This document shows positions 31,681 to 40,053 of a stretch of DNA of 64,000 nucleotides, piece after piece (the first letter of the stretch is position 1; every line of letters starts with the position of its first letter). The notes under the pieces were generated by a model. That model was not told the origin of the DNA, ran no database searches, and worked only from the letters and a program-made list of their open reading frames with translations. The position numbers and the translations under genes were made by a program. The stretch spans positions 18,917 to 82,916 of the forward strand of contig QBZY01000001.1 of the NCBI GenBank assembly GCA_003282155.1. The letters are read 5' to 3'. The DNA comes from Pelagibacteraceae bacterium AG-337-I02 (GTDB lineage: Bacteria; Pseudomonadota; Alphaproteobacteria; HIMB59; GCA-002718135).

Positions 31681-32640
31681 ATGGAATTAACCTTAATTTA
31701 CACAATAATAGGTTTTGGACTTGCAGCATATTCTGTTATTGCCAATGACTCTGTTCAAACTCTTGGAACATTTATAGCTTCAAACCAACGCTTTAAATGG
31801 TACTGGTTAGCTACTGCTGGCTCTGCTGTACTAGCATTTACACTTATATATGGATGGACCATTAACGACGGTGATATTACCTTTGGACGTTTAAATAAAA
31901 TTCCATATCAGACTATTCAGTGGTATCATGCTTGTGCTCCATTAATTTTAGTACTTCTTACAAGAGGTGGAATTCCAGTATCTACTACTTTCTTAGTTTT
32001 GTCTGCTTTTGCATCAACAGTTGTATTAGAAAAAGTTCTGATGAAGTCTGTAATTGGTTACGGATTAGCAGCAATGATAGCGTATATGGTTTGGATTGGT
32101 ATAAGTTATTTTATCAATGAAAAATTTGATAAAGTTCAAGATAAACACAGAAGACCATGGGTAATAGCTCAATGGTGTACAACTGGTTTTCTTTGGTACA
32201 CTTGGTTAAGTCATGATATTGCGAATATAGCTGTCTTCCTGCCTCGTGAACTTCCATTAAATTTATTAATAGCAATAATTACTTTATTAAGTGTTCTTTT
32301 ATTTTATATCTTTTGGGATAGAGGTGGACGTATTCAACGAGTTGTCTATTCAAAAACTGGAACACGTTATACTCGATCAGCTACTATAATAGATTTTGTT
32401 TATGCAGTCATTCTACTCTACTTTAAGCAATACAATGATATTCCAATGTCAACTACATGGGTCTTTGTTGGTTTATTATGTGGAAGAGAACTTGCAATAT
32501 CTACAATGAACAAAGATTACAAACTTCGTTATGTCTTTCCATTAATTGGAAAAGATTTTCTAAAAATGATTTTTGGATTAACAGTATCCGTTGGAATTGT
32601 TTTATCAATTCATTATGTTTTGATACCAAACGGTTTTTAA
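31681..32640 (+). CDS. Divergent PiT/PHO4-superfamily-like membrane protein
   Basis: 319 aa, polytopic. The two halves each carry degenerate PiT signatures: IANDSVQTLGTF / GIPVSTTFLVLSAF and LSHDIANIAVF / IPMSTTWVFVGLLCG. Compare GANDAANVFGTA / LPVSTTQAIVGAIVG in the canonical PiT at 36058. Confidence 0.5.
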   Translation: MELTLIYTIIGFGLAAYSVIANDSVQTLGTFIASNQRFKWYWLATAGSAVLAFTLIYGWTINDGDITFGRLNKIPYQTIQWYHACAPLILVLLTRGGIPVSTTFLVLSAFASTVVLEKVLMKSVIGYGLAAMIAYMVWIGISYFINEKFDKVQDKHRRPWVIAQWCTTGFLWYTWLSHDIANIAVFLPRELPLNLLIAIITLLSVLLFYIFWDRGGRIQRVVYSKTGTRYTRSATIIDFVYAVILLYFKQYNDIPMSTTWVFVGLLCGRELAISTMNKDYKLRYVFPLIGKDFLKMIFGLTVSVGIVLSIHYVLIPNGF

Positions 32641-33134
32641 AGTTTACCTTTTTTCTTTTTGAGTTCTTTTTTTAATTTAGGCCAATCATTATCACTTAAA
32701 ATATAGCCTACGCAATTTCGCGAACCACACTTACAAATGTGATCCACAAAATCTGTATCAAAAGGATAACCATAGTTATAAAAAAGCTCAGCTCCTTTTT
32801 TTATTCGTTTAATGGAAGAAATCCAAATTTCATTATCTATGATGTCTACCTCACAATTAGGATTACATGAGTGATTAATAAATTTTGCAAAATTATAATC
32901 AACATCACCGTCGATGTCGTATCGCTTGTTTAGTTCAAAAACATAGACCATGCCGTTATTTTTATCTTTTTTTGCTTTACGGATTTGTTTATCTGCTCTT
33001 TTGTCACCCTCTCTTTTAGTAACTTTATCACCAATATATTGGATTACTTTCTGGCCTTTTTTAATATTAGTTTTTGCAAATAATCCGGAGCCGTGAAGGG
33101 GCGATTTTTTTTTAAACCAAATTTTCTGCGTCAT
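32637..33134 (-). CDS. Minimal SET-domain protein (putative protein-lysine methyltransferase) with a post-SET Cys cluster
   Basis: 165 aa. Motifs HGSGLFA, INHSCNPNC and ELFYNYGY, plus a post-SET CKCGSRNC. Confidence 0.85.
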   Translation of the reverse strand: MTQKIWFKKKSPLHGSGLFAKTNIKKGQKVIQYIGDKVTKREGDKRADKQIRKAKKDKNNGMVYVFELNKRYDIDGDVDYNFAKFINHSCNPNCEVDIIDNEIWISSIKRIKKGAELFYNYGYPFDTDFVDHICKCGSRNCVGYILSDNDWPKLKKELKKKKGKL

Positions 33135-33220
33135 ACTGTTATTTTTTTACAATACACACATATAATAATAAATTGTATTATAAAATGATACTTTTATGTA
33201 TAAGAGCAATTCTTTAATTA

Positions 33221-34033
33221 ATGAAATTTGAAACAAATAAAAAATTTTACCGCACAATTTGGATTTCGGATACCCATCTAGGAACTAGTGGTTGTAAAAG
33301 CAAAATGCTTTTAGAATTCTTAGAGGAAACAGATTCAGAATATTTATTTTTAGTAGGCGACATTGTTGATGGATGGCGTATGCGTAAAAAAATGTATTGG
33401 CCTCAAGAACATAATGATGTGGTTCAAAAAGTTTTAAAGAAAGCGAAAAATGGAACTAAGGTAGTGCTTATCCCAGGAAATCATGATGAAGTATTAAAAG
33501 ATTTTACAAATTTTTCCTTTGGAGAAATTTCAATCAAAAACGAAGATACGCATCAATTAGCTGATGGAAGGAAAGTACTGATTACACACGGAGATGAGTT
33601 TGATGCCGTGATCATTAATGCGAGATGGTTAGCCAAAGTTGGATCAGCACTTTATGAATATTTACTAAAGTTAAATAATTTATTTAATTTTGTTCGAAGA
33701 AAGATGGGCTTGTCTTACTGGTCATTGTCTCAATATTTAAAAAAGAAAACAAAGCATGCAACGAACTTTATTAGTAATTTTGAGTTTGCTGTATCTGATA
33801 GAGCTAGAAGAGAAAATGCCGATGTTGTTGTGTGCGGGCATATACATAGACCTGAAATAAAGGAATTAAATGGTGTTCTCTATTGTAATGATGGTGACTG
33901 GATAGAAAGTTGCACAGCACTCGTTGAAGATGAAATTGGAAATTTATCTATTCTTAATTGGCCCGAAGAAAGAGAAAAATTAAAATTAATTTCTTTTGAA
34001 GAAAGACGAAAAATAAAAGAGGATGCAGCCTAA
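33221..34033 (+). CDS. plcP: LpxH-like metallophosphoesterase, PlcP-type phospholipase C for phosphate-starvation lipid remodelling
   Basis: Calcineurin-like motifs DTHLG, GDIVDGW, GNHDE, HGDEFD and GHIHRP. Overlaps a GT4 glycosyltransferase gene, the plcP-agt arrangement described for SAR11 and other marine heterotrophs. Confidence 0.75.
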   Translation: MKFETNKKFYRTIWISDTHLGTSGCKSKMLLEFLEETDSEYLFLVGDIVDGWRMRKKMYWPQEHNDVVQKVLKKAKNGTKVVLIPGNHDEVLKDFTNFSFGEISIKNEDTHQLADGRKVLITHGDEFDAVIINARWLAKVGSALYEYLLKLNNLFNFVRRKMGLSYWSLSQYLKKKTKHATNFISNFEFAVSDRARRENADVVVCGHIHRPEIKELNGVLYCNDGDWIESCTALVEDEIGNLSILNWPEEREKLKLISFEERRKIKEDAA

Positions 34034-35030
34034 AAAAATCGCATTAATTAGTGATGCGTGGGTTCCTCAGGTAAATGGCGTAGTTACGACATTTCAAAGT
34101 GTTATACCTCTCCTAGAAAAAAAAGGTTTTGAAATTAAAATATTACATCCTGAGATGTTTAATAATTTTAGTTATCCTTGGTACAAAGAAATTAAAATTT
34201 CTTTCAATACTAAAAAAGTTACGGAAAAATTTTTTAAAGAATTTAATCCAGATATTGTTCATATAATGACTGAAGGTCCAGTAGGTTTTGCTGGTCGTAA
34301 ATATTGTGTTAAAAATAAATTACGATACACTTCTTCTTTTCATACCCGTTTTCCTGATTATGTTAAACAGAGAGCTTATGTTCCTAAAAGTTTAACGTAT
34401 TCAATATTAAGAAGGCTGCATGATAATTCTGTAAATGTACTTGTTCCATCGCATTCCATGGTCGAAGAATTAGAGCGGTATAATTTCAGAAATTTAAAAG
34501 TATGGAATAGAGGAGTTGATACTGAATTATTCAGTCCAAATAAAAGAAATAGAAATGATAATGACATTCAACTGACATATGTTGGAAGAGTTGCTATTGA
34601 AAAAAATATTGAAGAATTTTTAAAACTAAAAGGAAATTATAATAAGACAGTTGTAGGTGATGGTCCTGAATTACAAAAATATATAAAAAAGTATCCTGAC
34701 GTAAATTTTGTTGGGTTGAAACGAGGTAATGAACTTGCAGAATATTATGCGAATGCTGATGTATTTGTTTTCCCATCTAAAACGGATACTTTAGGGAATG
34801 TAATACTTGAAGCTCTTGCTTGCGGAACACCAATTGCTGCATTTCCTGTTACTGGACCAAAAGATATTCTAAAAGATTCTAAAATAAATACACTTGATGA
34901 CAAACTAGCTAATTCAGTAGAAAAAGCTCTTAAAGTGAATAGAAATGATTGTCGTGAATTTGCTATGAAATTTACGTGGGAAGATTGCGCTAATGAATTT
35001 TTAGGTTCACAAATTGATTCTAAAAATTAG
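34023..35030 (+). CDS. agt: GT4 glycosyltransferase, Agt-type glycosyl-/glucuronosyl-diacylglycerol synthase
   Basis: 335 aa. GT-B fold with an E-x7-E region (EALACGTPIAAFPVTGPKD). 11-nt overlap with plcP. Confidence 0.7.
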   Translation: MQPKKIALISDAWVPQVNGVVTTFQSVIPLLEKKGFEIKILHPEMFNNFSYPWYKEIKISFNTKKVTEKFFKEFNPDIVHIMTEGPVGFAGRKYCVKNKLRYTSSFHTRFPDYVKQRAYVPKSLTYSILRRLHDNSVNVLVPSHSMVEELERYNFRNLKVWNRGVDTELFSPNKRNRNDNDIQLTYVGRVAIEKNIEEFLKLKGNYNKTVVGDGPELQKYIKKYPDVNFVGLKRGNELAEYYANADVFVFPSKTDTLGNVILEALACGTPIAAFPVTGPKDILKDSKINTLDDKLANSVEKALKVNRNDCREFAMKFTWEDCANEFLGSQIDSKN

Positions 35031-35038
35031 TAACTTTC

Positions 35039-35266
35039 TTAAACAAATAAATAAACGTAACCAAAAAGAAAAAGAGGTAATTGTAATCCAAAGTTCGTTA
35101 ATAACGCTTTATCTCTTGTCATATAACCAACCACTGACCAACCAACTGCACCTGTTCCATGTATAATAATATTATATGGATATGCATTTAAATTAGTCAG
35201 TAGTATTCCAGACAAAATTAAAAAGGTACTAAACCACTTAATTCTATTAATTGATATATCTGTCAT
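35039..35266 (-). CDS. Small hypothetical membrane protein (about 3 TM helices)
   Basis: 75 aa with three hydrophobic stretches and no recognisable motif. It is the only ORF filling the agt / DUF47 gap, so coding status is uncertain. Confidence 0.4.
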   Translation of the reverse strand: MTDISINRIKWFSTFLILSGILLTNLNAYPYNIIIHGTGAVGWSVVGYMTRDKALLTNFGLQLPLFLFGYVYLFV

Positions 35267-35331
35267 AAAACTCCTATTTTGTGAAAATTTTCATTAATAC
35301 ATGTAACCTAAAGATAAAGATATTAATCAAA

Positions 35332-35349
35332 TTGTAACGAATTTTTAAC
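35332..35349 (+). promoter_or_regulatory. Pho-box-like repeat TTGTAAC-GAAT-TTTTAAC
   Basis: 7+4+7 architecture in the forward orientation, about 40 nt upstream of the DUF47-PiT operon ATG. Confidence 0.4.
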
Positions 35350-35388
35350 ATTTCTTTATTTTTTTTTGAAAAGTTCTATAAGCACGCC

Positions 35389-36051
35389 ATGTTTGGACTA
35401 AAAAGTGCATCTTTATTTGGTGATACCAAAAAACTTGAGAGAGAAATTGATGAGTTTGTCGATATTGTATCTGAAGTAGGTTTGGTATTTAAATCGATAG
35501 TTCCAACTTATCTCAATCATTCCGCCAATGGTAAATTTGAGGAAATGGTTGAAAAAGTAAAAGACATGGAAAGTAAGGCCGACAAAATTACGAAAGATGT
35601 TGAGCATACTCTTTATGAAGAAACACTAATTCCAGATGCAAGAAGTGATGTGTTACGACTTCTAGAACATATCGACGAATTAATTGGAATGTACCAAGGT
35701 AATTGTTATCACTTCTCCATTCAAAAACCTAATTTTCCAAAAGAGTTTCATCAAGATTTAATTGAGTTAACAGAGACTGTTGTAAATTGTGTTGAATCAT
35801 TATGTTTAACCGTAAGATCATTTTTTAGAGATATTAAATCTGTTAGAGATAATGCACATAAAGTTACATTTTATGAAAAAGAATCTGATATAAAATTTAG
35901 TTCTCTTGCAAGAAGAATTTTTGATTCTGAATTACCTCTAGATCAAAAAATGCATCTTCGATATTTTGTAGAGAAGATTGATCGTATTTGTGATCAAGCA
36001 GAAGACATAGCTGACGAGGTTCAAATTTACGCTATTAAACGTTCCGTTTAA
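35389..36051 (+). CDS. DUF47 / PhoU-like Pit accessory protein
   Basis: 220 aa all-helical protein immediately upstream (6 nt) of a PiT transporter, the conserved DUF47-PiT pairing. Confidence 0.75.
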   Translation: MFGLKSASLFGDTKKLEREIDEFVDIVSEVGLVFKSIVPTYLNHSANGKFEEMVEKVKDMESKADKITKDVEHTLYEETLIPDARSDVLRLLEHIDELIGMYQGNCYHFSIQKPNFPKEFHQDLIELTETVVNCVESLCLTVRSFFRDIKSVRDNAHKVTFYEKESDIKFSSLARRIFDSELPLDQKMHLRYFVEKIDRICDQAEDIADEVQIYAIKRSV

Positions 36052-36057
36052 TTTTCA

Positions 36058-37110
36058 ATGGAAATTACAATTCTAATTTTTTTATTTGGTGGTCTTTTTT
36101 TAGGTTGGTCACTTGGCGCCAATGATGCTGCAAATGTTTTTGGAACTGCAGTTGGAACACGAATGGTTAGTTTCACAAGTGCAGCAATAATTTGTAGTGT
36201 CTTTGTTATTCTAGGTGCAATTATTAGCGGAGCAGGTACAACAGAAACTTTAGGTAAGTTAGGTGCTATTAATGCATTGCCTGGTGCTTTTGCAGCATGT
36301 GTTGCTGCAGGAATATCTGTTTATTTAATGACCAAAGTTGGCTTGCCTGTTTCAACAACGCAAGCGATTGTTGGAGCAATTGTTGGTTGGAATTTATACA
36401 CGGGATCTTCAACTAATCTTCAAGTTTTAATTACTATTTTAGGAACATGGATACTATGTCCTATCATTGCAGGAGTTATTGCAATGGGTTTGTTTACTTT
36501 TACAAAAAGAGTTATACTCAATAGAAAGTTACATATTCTCAGACTTGATGCTTATACAAGAACAGCTTTACTTTTAGCGGGTGCTTTCGGTGCTTATAGT
36601 TTAGGTGCAAACAATATTGCTAATGTAATGGGTGTCTTCGTACCTATATCACCGTTTACTGATGTTACTATTGGAAATTTATTTGTCTTTTCTTCCAAAG
36701 AACAATTATTTCTTCTCGGTGGTTTAGCAATAGCTGTTGGTGTTTTTACTTACTCGAAAAGAGTTATGTTTACCGTTGGTAATGATCTCTTAAAAATGAC
36801 ACCGGTGGCAGCATTTATTGTTGTTATATCGCATTCTATTGTTTTATTTTTATTTGCATCCCAGGGCATAAGTGCTTTCTTACAATCTATAAATCTTCCC
36901 TCTATACCTTTGGTGCCAGTATCAAGTTCCCAAGCTGTTGTTGGCGGCGTAATTGGAATTGGTCTTTTAAAAGGTGGAAAAGAGGTTCAATGGTCAATTG
37001 CAGGAAGAATTTCTTTGGGTTGGATGACACTACCTATAATTGCTGCTTTAATTTCTTTAATTGTTTTATTTATTCTAGAAAATATTTTTAATTTAACGGT
37101 CTCTTTTTAA
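36058..37110 (+). CDS. pit: PiT-family inorganic phosphate transporter
   Basis: 350 aa. GANDAANVFGTAVG and a second-half GANNIANVMG signature, plus LPVSTTQAIVGAIVGW. Confidence 0.9.
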   Translation: MEITILIFLFGGLFLGWSLGANDAANVFGTAVGTRMVSFTSAAIICSVFVILGAIISGAGTTETLGKLGAINALPGAFAACVAAGISVYLMTKVGLPVSTTQAIVGAIVGWNLYTGSSTNLQVLITILGTWILCPIIAGVIAMGLFTFTKRVILNRKLHILRLDAYTRTALLLAGAFGAYSLGANNIANVMGVFVPISPFTDVTIGNLFVFSSKEQLFLLGGLAIAVGVFTYSKRVMFTVGNDLLKMTPVAAFIVVISHSIVLFLFASQGISAFLQSINLPSIPLVPVSSSQAVVGGVIGIGLLKGGKEVQWSIAGRISLGWMTLPIIAALISLIVLFILENIFNLTVSF

Positions 37111-37631
37111 TTAACTGCTCGATAAGAAAAAATAAAATCTTCCTGGATTTTAGTTTCAATAGCCCCTTTTCTTCTTGATCGCACTAGATCAATAGCTTCT
37201 TGTTTTTCATAATTGAATTCAACAAGTAAAATAGCTGCAATCGTTCCAGCTCTTCCTTTTCCTCCACGGCAATGTAAAACTAAATTTTTTCCATCTATCA
37301 ATTCGTTCTTTAATAAAACTTTGGTTGTCTCCCATTTATATTTAAAATCTTTATCTGGTGCTCCCATGTCATAGATAGGTAAGTGGTACCAATGTAATTT
37401 ATGTTCATAAATACTTTTGACAAATAAAGTTTTATCACACAATTTTTCAAATTCACTATCTTCAACAAAGGAAGTGATTGAGCTACAATTATTGTTTTTA
37501 AAAAGATTAAGTTCTTCATTAAAAATTGAAACTTCAAAGGTTCCTTCTTTGTTAAGTCCTGGAAAAGAAGTTAATATTATTTTTCCTGAAAAAGATTTTG
37601 ATTCAATAAAATCGTAATTGCTAAATTGCAT
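37107..37631 (-). CDS. Cys-based (CX5R) dual-specificity/PTP-like phosphatase
   Basis: 174 aa with the P-loop VLHCRGGKGRAGT. Its ATG directly abuts the phnZ-like stop. Confidence 0.7.
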   Translation of the reverse strand: MQFSNYDFIESKSFSGKIILTSFPGLNKEGTFEVSIFNEELNLFKNNNCSSITSFVEDSEFEKLCDKTLFVKSIYEHKLHWYHLPIYDMGAPDKDFKYKWETTKVLLKNELIDGKNLVLHCRGGKGRAGTIAAILLVEFNYEKQEAIDLVRSRRKGAIETKIQEDFIFSYRAVN

Positions 37632-38201
37632 TTAAGACTGATTAGCTAAAAAAGACTTTCTTGCTTCTTCTAAATAAGGACGAAAATGCTCAACATCAGG
37701 TGTTTTTTTATCTAAAATTTTAGCTAAATCATCAAATCGTCTTAACTCTACAGCCTCATCCATTAACGGTTTGCTAATAAACTCATCTGCTTCATCTTTT
37801 GTGAAGGGGCCACCTTGGACTTTTAGAGAAAGTTTTGAAGCTTCGGATAAACTTTCGTAATACCCTTCTTCAACACTAGATAAATATCTTTTTGAATCAA
37901 CATGTGCCCTAATTGGTAAAATAACATCTTCGCCAAAATATTTTTTTAAGAAATCTGCACCTAAATTTTCATGATGACCATCTTTACCTTCATGAATAGG
38001 ATCGCCATCTTCGTAAATGAGATGTCCAACATCATGAAGTAAAGCTGCAGCAATTGTGGAGCCGGGTAATTTATTTTGTTCCGCTAATTCAGCACACTGA
38101 AGAGCATGTTCTAATTGTGTCACATCCTCATTGCCATACTGAATATCCGCACCTTTAGTTTTTAAAAGATCTAACAAATAATCTACGATATTTTCTTTCA
38201 T
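37632..38201 (-). CDS. phnZ: HD-domain phosphonate-degradation oxygenase, PhnZ/TmpB family
   Basis: 189 aa. Ligand pattern LEHALQ, LLHDVGH, HHENLGA and RAHVDSKRYL, plus the C-terminal LQGGPF...ELRRFDDLAK signature of phosphonate-operon HD proteins. Confidence 0.8.
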   Translation of the reverse strand: MKENIVDYLLDLLKTKGADIQYGNEDVTQLEHALQCAELAEQNKLPGSTIAAALLHDVGHLIYEDGDPIHEGKDGHHENLGADFLKKYFGEDVILPIRAHVDSKRYLSSVEEGYYESLSEASKLSLKVQGGPFTKDEADEFISKPLMDEAVELRRFDDLAKILDKKTPDVEHFRPYLEEARKSFLANQS

Positions 38202-38296
38202 TCTAATATTTAATTAACTTATTAGAGAATAATTTCAATTCCAAGTTTAATAGGATTGAACAATTTTATAATAATATCTATTAAGATAGAAATTAA

Positions 38297-39394
38297 ATGG
38301 ATAAAAAATTACTTACCCCAGGTCCTTTAACAACCTCTATGACTACAAAAGAAGCCATGCTTCATGACTGGGGTTCAAGAGATAAAAAATTTATTGATCT
38401 TAACTCATCTATAAGAGAGTCACTGGTAAAATTAATAGATGGTGAAGATAATTATCAATGTGTACCGATGCAAGGTAGTGGAACATTTGCCGTTGAGTCA
38501 ATGGTCAGCTCACTTACTTCTAAAGATTCTAAAATACTAATCCTTATTAATGGTGCGTATGGACAACGAATGAAAAAAATGTGCACTTACCTAAATAGAG
38601 ATTTTATAGAGTATGAAGTTGCTGAACATGAAGTTCACGAATTAAGTAAAATTGAAAAATTAATTGATACGAATGATTTAACTCATATTTTCGCCGTATA
38701 TTGTGAGACAACTTCAGGTATTTTAAATCCCATTGAAGAAATTGCAGATTTAGCAGAGTCAAAAAAAATCTCTTTATTTATAGATGCTATGAGTGCTTTT
38801 GGGGCTTTGCCTCTTAGCGCAAAAAAAGTAACCTTTGACGCCGTTGCTGCTTCTTCAAATAAATGTTTAGAGGGTGTTCCAGGCGTTGGTTTTATTTTAG
38901 TAAAAAATGATGTTATTCAAAATGCAGAAGGAAATAGTCATTCGTTAAGTCTTGATTTGTATGATCAATGGCAGGCAATGGAAAAAAATAAACAATGGCG
39001 ATTTACACCCCCTACCCATGTATTAGCGGCTTTTAATCAAGCTATAAAAGAACACGAAAAAGAAGGAGGGGTTCAAGGAAGACATGCACGATATAAAAAA
39101 AATTGTGAGATTATATGTGCTGGGATGAAAGAATTGGGTTTTGAACAACTACTTCCAGATAATTTACAAGCACCTATAATTATTACTTTTAAGCAGCCAA
39201 ATGATTCGAATTTTAATTTTGATAAATTTTATAATGCCTTGAGTGACAAAGATTTTTTAATTTATCCAGGTAAATTAACGGTAGCGGAAACCTTTAGAAT
39301 TGGTTGTATTGGTAATTTAAATGAAAATGATATGCATAATACTTTAGGAGCTGTTAAAGAAGTAATTCAAGAATTAGCACTCAAAATAAATTAA
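38297..39394 (+). CDS. phnW: 2-aminoethylphosphonate:pyruvate aminotransferase
   Basis: 365 aa. The LLTPGPLTTS N-terminus and PLP-lysine block ASSNKCLEGVPG are typical of PhnW. Confidence 0.87.
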   Translation: MDKKLLTPGPLTTSMTTKEAMLHDWGSRDKKFIDLNSSIRESLVKLIDGEDNYQCVPMQGSGTFAVESMVSSLTSKDSKILILINGAYGQRMKKMCTYLNRDFIEYEVAEHEVHELSKIEKLIDTNDLTHIFAVYCETTSGILNPIEEIADLAESKKISLFIDAMSAFGALPLSAKKVTFDAVAASSNKCLEGVPGVGFILVKNDVIQNAEGNSHSLSLDLYDQWQAMEKNKQWRFTPPTHVLAAFNQAIKEHEKEGGVQGRHARYKKNCEIICAGMKELGFEQLLPDNLQAPIIITFKQPNDSNFNFDKFYNALSDKDFLIYPGKLTVAETFRIGCIGNLNENDMHNTLGAVKEVIQELALKIN

Positions 39395-39398
39395 TTTA

Positions 39399-40031
39399 AT
39401 GACACAAGAAATAGAAATTCCATTAATTCAAGCGACCAATGAAAATCTTCAAGGATATGGTTATCTTATTGATTCATTTGAAAAAAGTGAAATAGAAATT
39501 GTTACATGGCCAAAACAAGGTTGGAGAGAAATTGAAGAGGGGACAGGAAATGAAGGCGGAACAACAGAAGGTTCTTTTGATACGTGGTGGCAAGGAGATA
39601 CTCTTTATGGACAAAATAATGCGGTAGAACATAAAAGTGATTACGAAATTGATGGGAAATATATTCTTGGATATTCCACTAATCCTGACAATGAATTACA
39701 GAAACAAAACTACACTCATCCAGATAAAATTTATTTATGGCATGCCAACTATCATCCAGATGGTGGTCAACTTTTTTTTCCTAAAGAAAACAAGCCTTTT
39801 ATCTGTCCATTAGCATTACCAACTGATGATATAAAATTAGAAAATTTTAAAGCATTTTACTGTGATGGTTCTAAGGGTCTTTATATCCATCCAAACATAT
39901 GGCACGAAGGTGTTTTCCCAGTCTCTGAAAAGCAATCTTTTGACGGAAAACAAGGAAAAGTTCATGCAAGAGTAAGCATTGATTTAAAAGAAGAGTTTAA
40001 TAAATATATCTATTTTAAAACTCAAATTTAA
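39399..40031 (+). CDS. AllA (ureidoglycolate lyase)-family cupin protein of unknown function
   Basis: IPLIQATNENLQGYGYLI, YHPDGGQLFFP and YIHPNIWHEGVFP align with the AllA N-terminal, ERHPxxxQxFxP and HxxxWH blocks. About 50 aa longer than AllA. 4 nt after phnW. Confidence 0.6.
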   Translation: MTQEIEIPLIQATNENLQGYGYLIDSFEKSEIEIVTWPKQGWREIEEGTGNEGGTTEGSFDTWWQGDTLYGQNNAVEHKSDYEIDGKYILGYSTNPDNELQKQNYTHPDKIYLWHANYHPDGGQLFFPKENKPFICPLALPTDDIKLENFKAFYCDGSKGLYIHPNIWHEGVFPVSEKQSFDGKQGKVHARVSIDLKEEFNKYIYFKTQI

Positions 40032-40053
40032 TTAGTACTTATTAATTTAAACT

